A stretch of 64,000 nt of DNA from Antedon mediterranea (taxonomy: Eukaryota > Animalia > Echinodermata), in the NCBI RefSeq assembly GCF_964355755.1, contig NC_092679.1:14057432-14121431 (forward strand), in the 5' to 3' direction. A program made the translations under genes and the position numbers. This document shows, one piece after another, positions 63,864 to 64,000 of this stretch; within the stretch, counting starts at the first letter, position 1, and the number at the start of each line of letters is the position of its first letter. A model generated the notes under the pieces. The model was given only the letters and a program-made list of their open reading frames with translations. It was not told the origin of the DNA and ran no database searches.

Positions 63864-64000
63864 CTATATAAGACATGGATTTATAAACAATAATGTTGTT
63901 CTAAATGATTTCGGTACAAATAACTAAATACGGTTATGTATGTAGGCCTATATATTGAATTGGCGTGTGGTGTGTAGGTGTGTGTAGCCTACCTAGGCTA

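Larger units (their letters stand above)
30343..64000. repeat. Segmental tandem array: orphan gene x6 plus MDH1 3' remnants; order A-B-MDH1 / A-B-MDH1 / B-MDH1 / A
   Basis: Near-identical multi-kb blocks. CCTATCCGGCGGAAAATTTTAATG (MDH1 intron) recurs at ~30344, 39960, 56358 and 61363. The same 165-codon ORF occurs six times. Confidence 0.95.

Overview
AT-rich, intron-containing, repeat-dense eukaryotic DNA. It looks like an invertebrate animal, but the taxon cannot be fixed from sequence alone. Left half (1-30 kb): a minus-strand secreted/cell-surface leucine-rich-repeat gene (signal peptide + LRRNT exon, then at least 10 single-LRR phase-2 exons, 792-21724, probably continuing off the left edge). 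Its introns hold a 6.9-kb CMC/EnSpm-type transposon (CAC..GTG ends, TA TSD, subterminal satellites, two divergent decayed genes), a LINE fragment and MITEs; more LINE fragments and MITEs lie between 22 and 30 kb. Right half (30.3-64 kb): a young tandem array of six copies (five complete, one cut by the window edge) of an unrecognised three-exon gene encoding a 234-aa basic, low-complexity protein. The copies have RFX X-box-like promoter motifs and are interleaved with progressively eroded 3' fragments of cytosolic malate dehydrogenase (MDH1) and Helentron/DINE-1-like repeats. Inserted in the array are a near full-length single-ORF LINE with a hydrophobic leader and a 2A-like motif, a second LINE, and a 365-bp tandem repeat carrying tRNA-like cloverleaves with an AUC anticodon. 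All exon structures were assembled by eye and no database searches were run.
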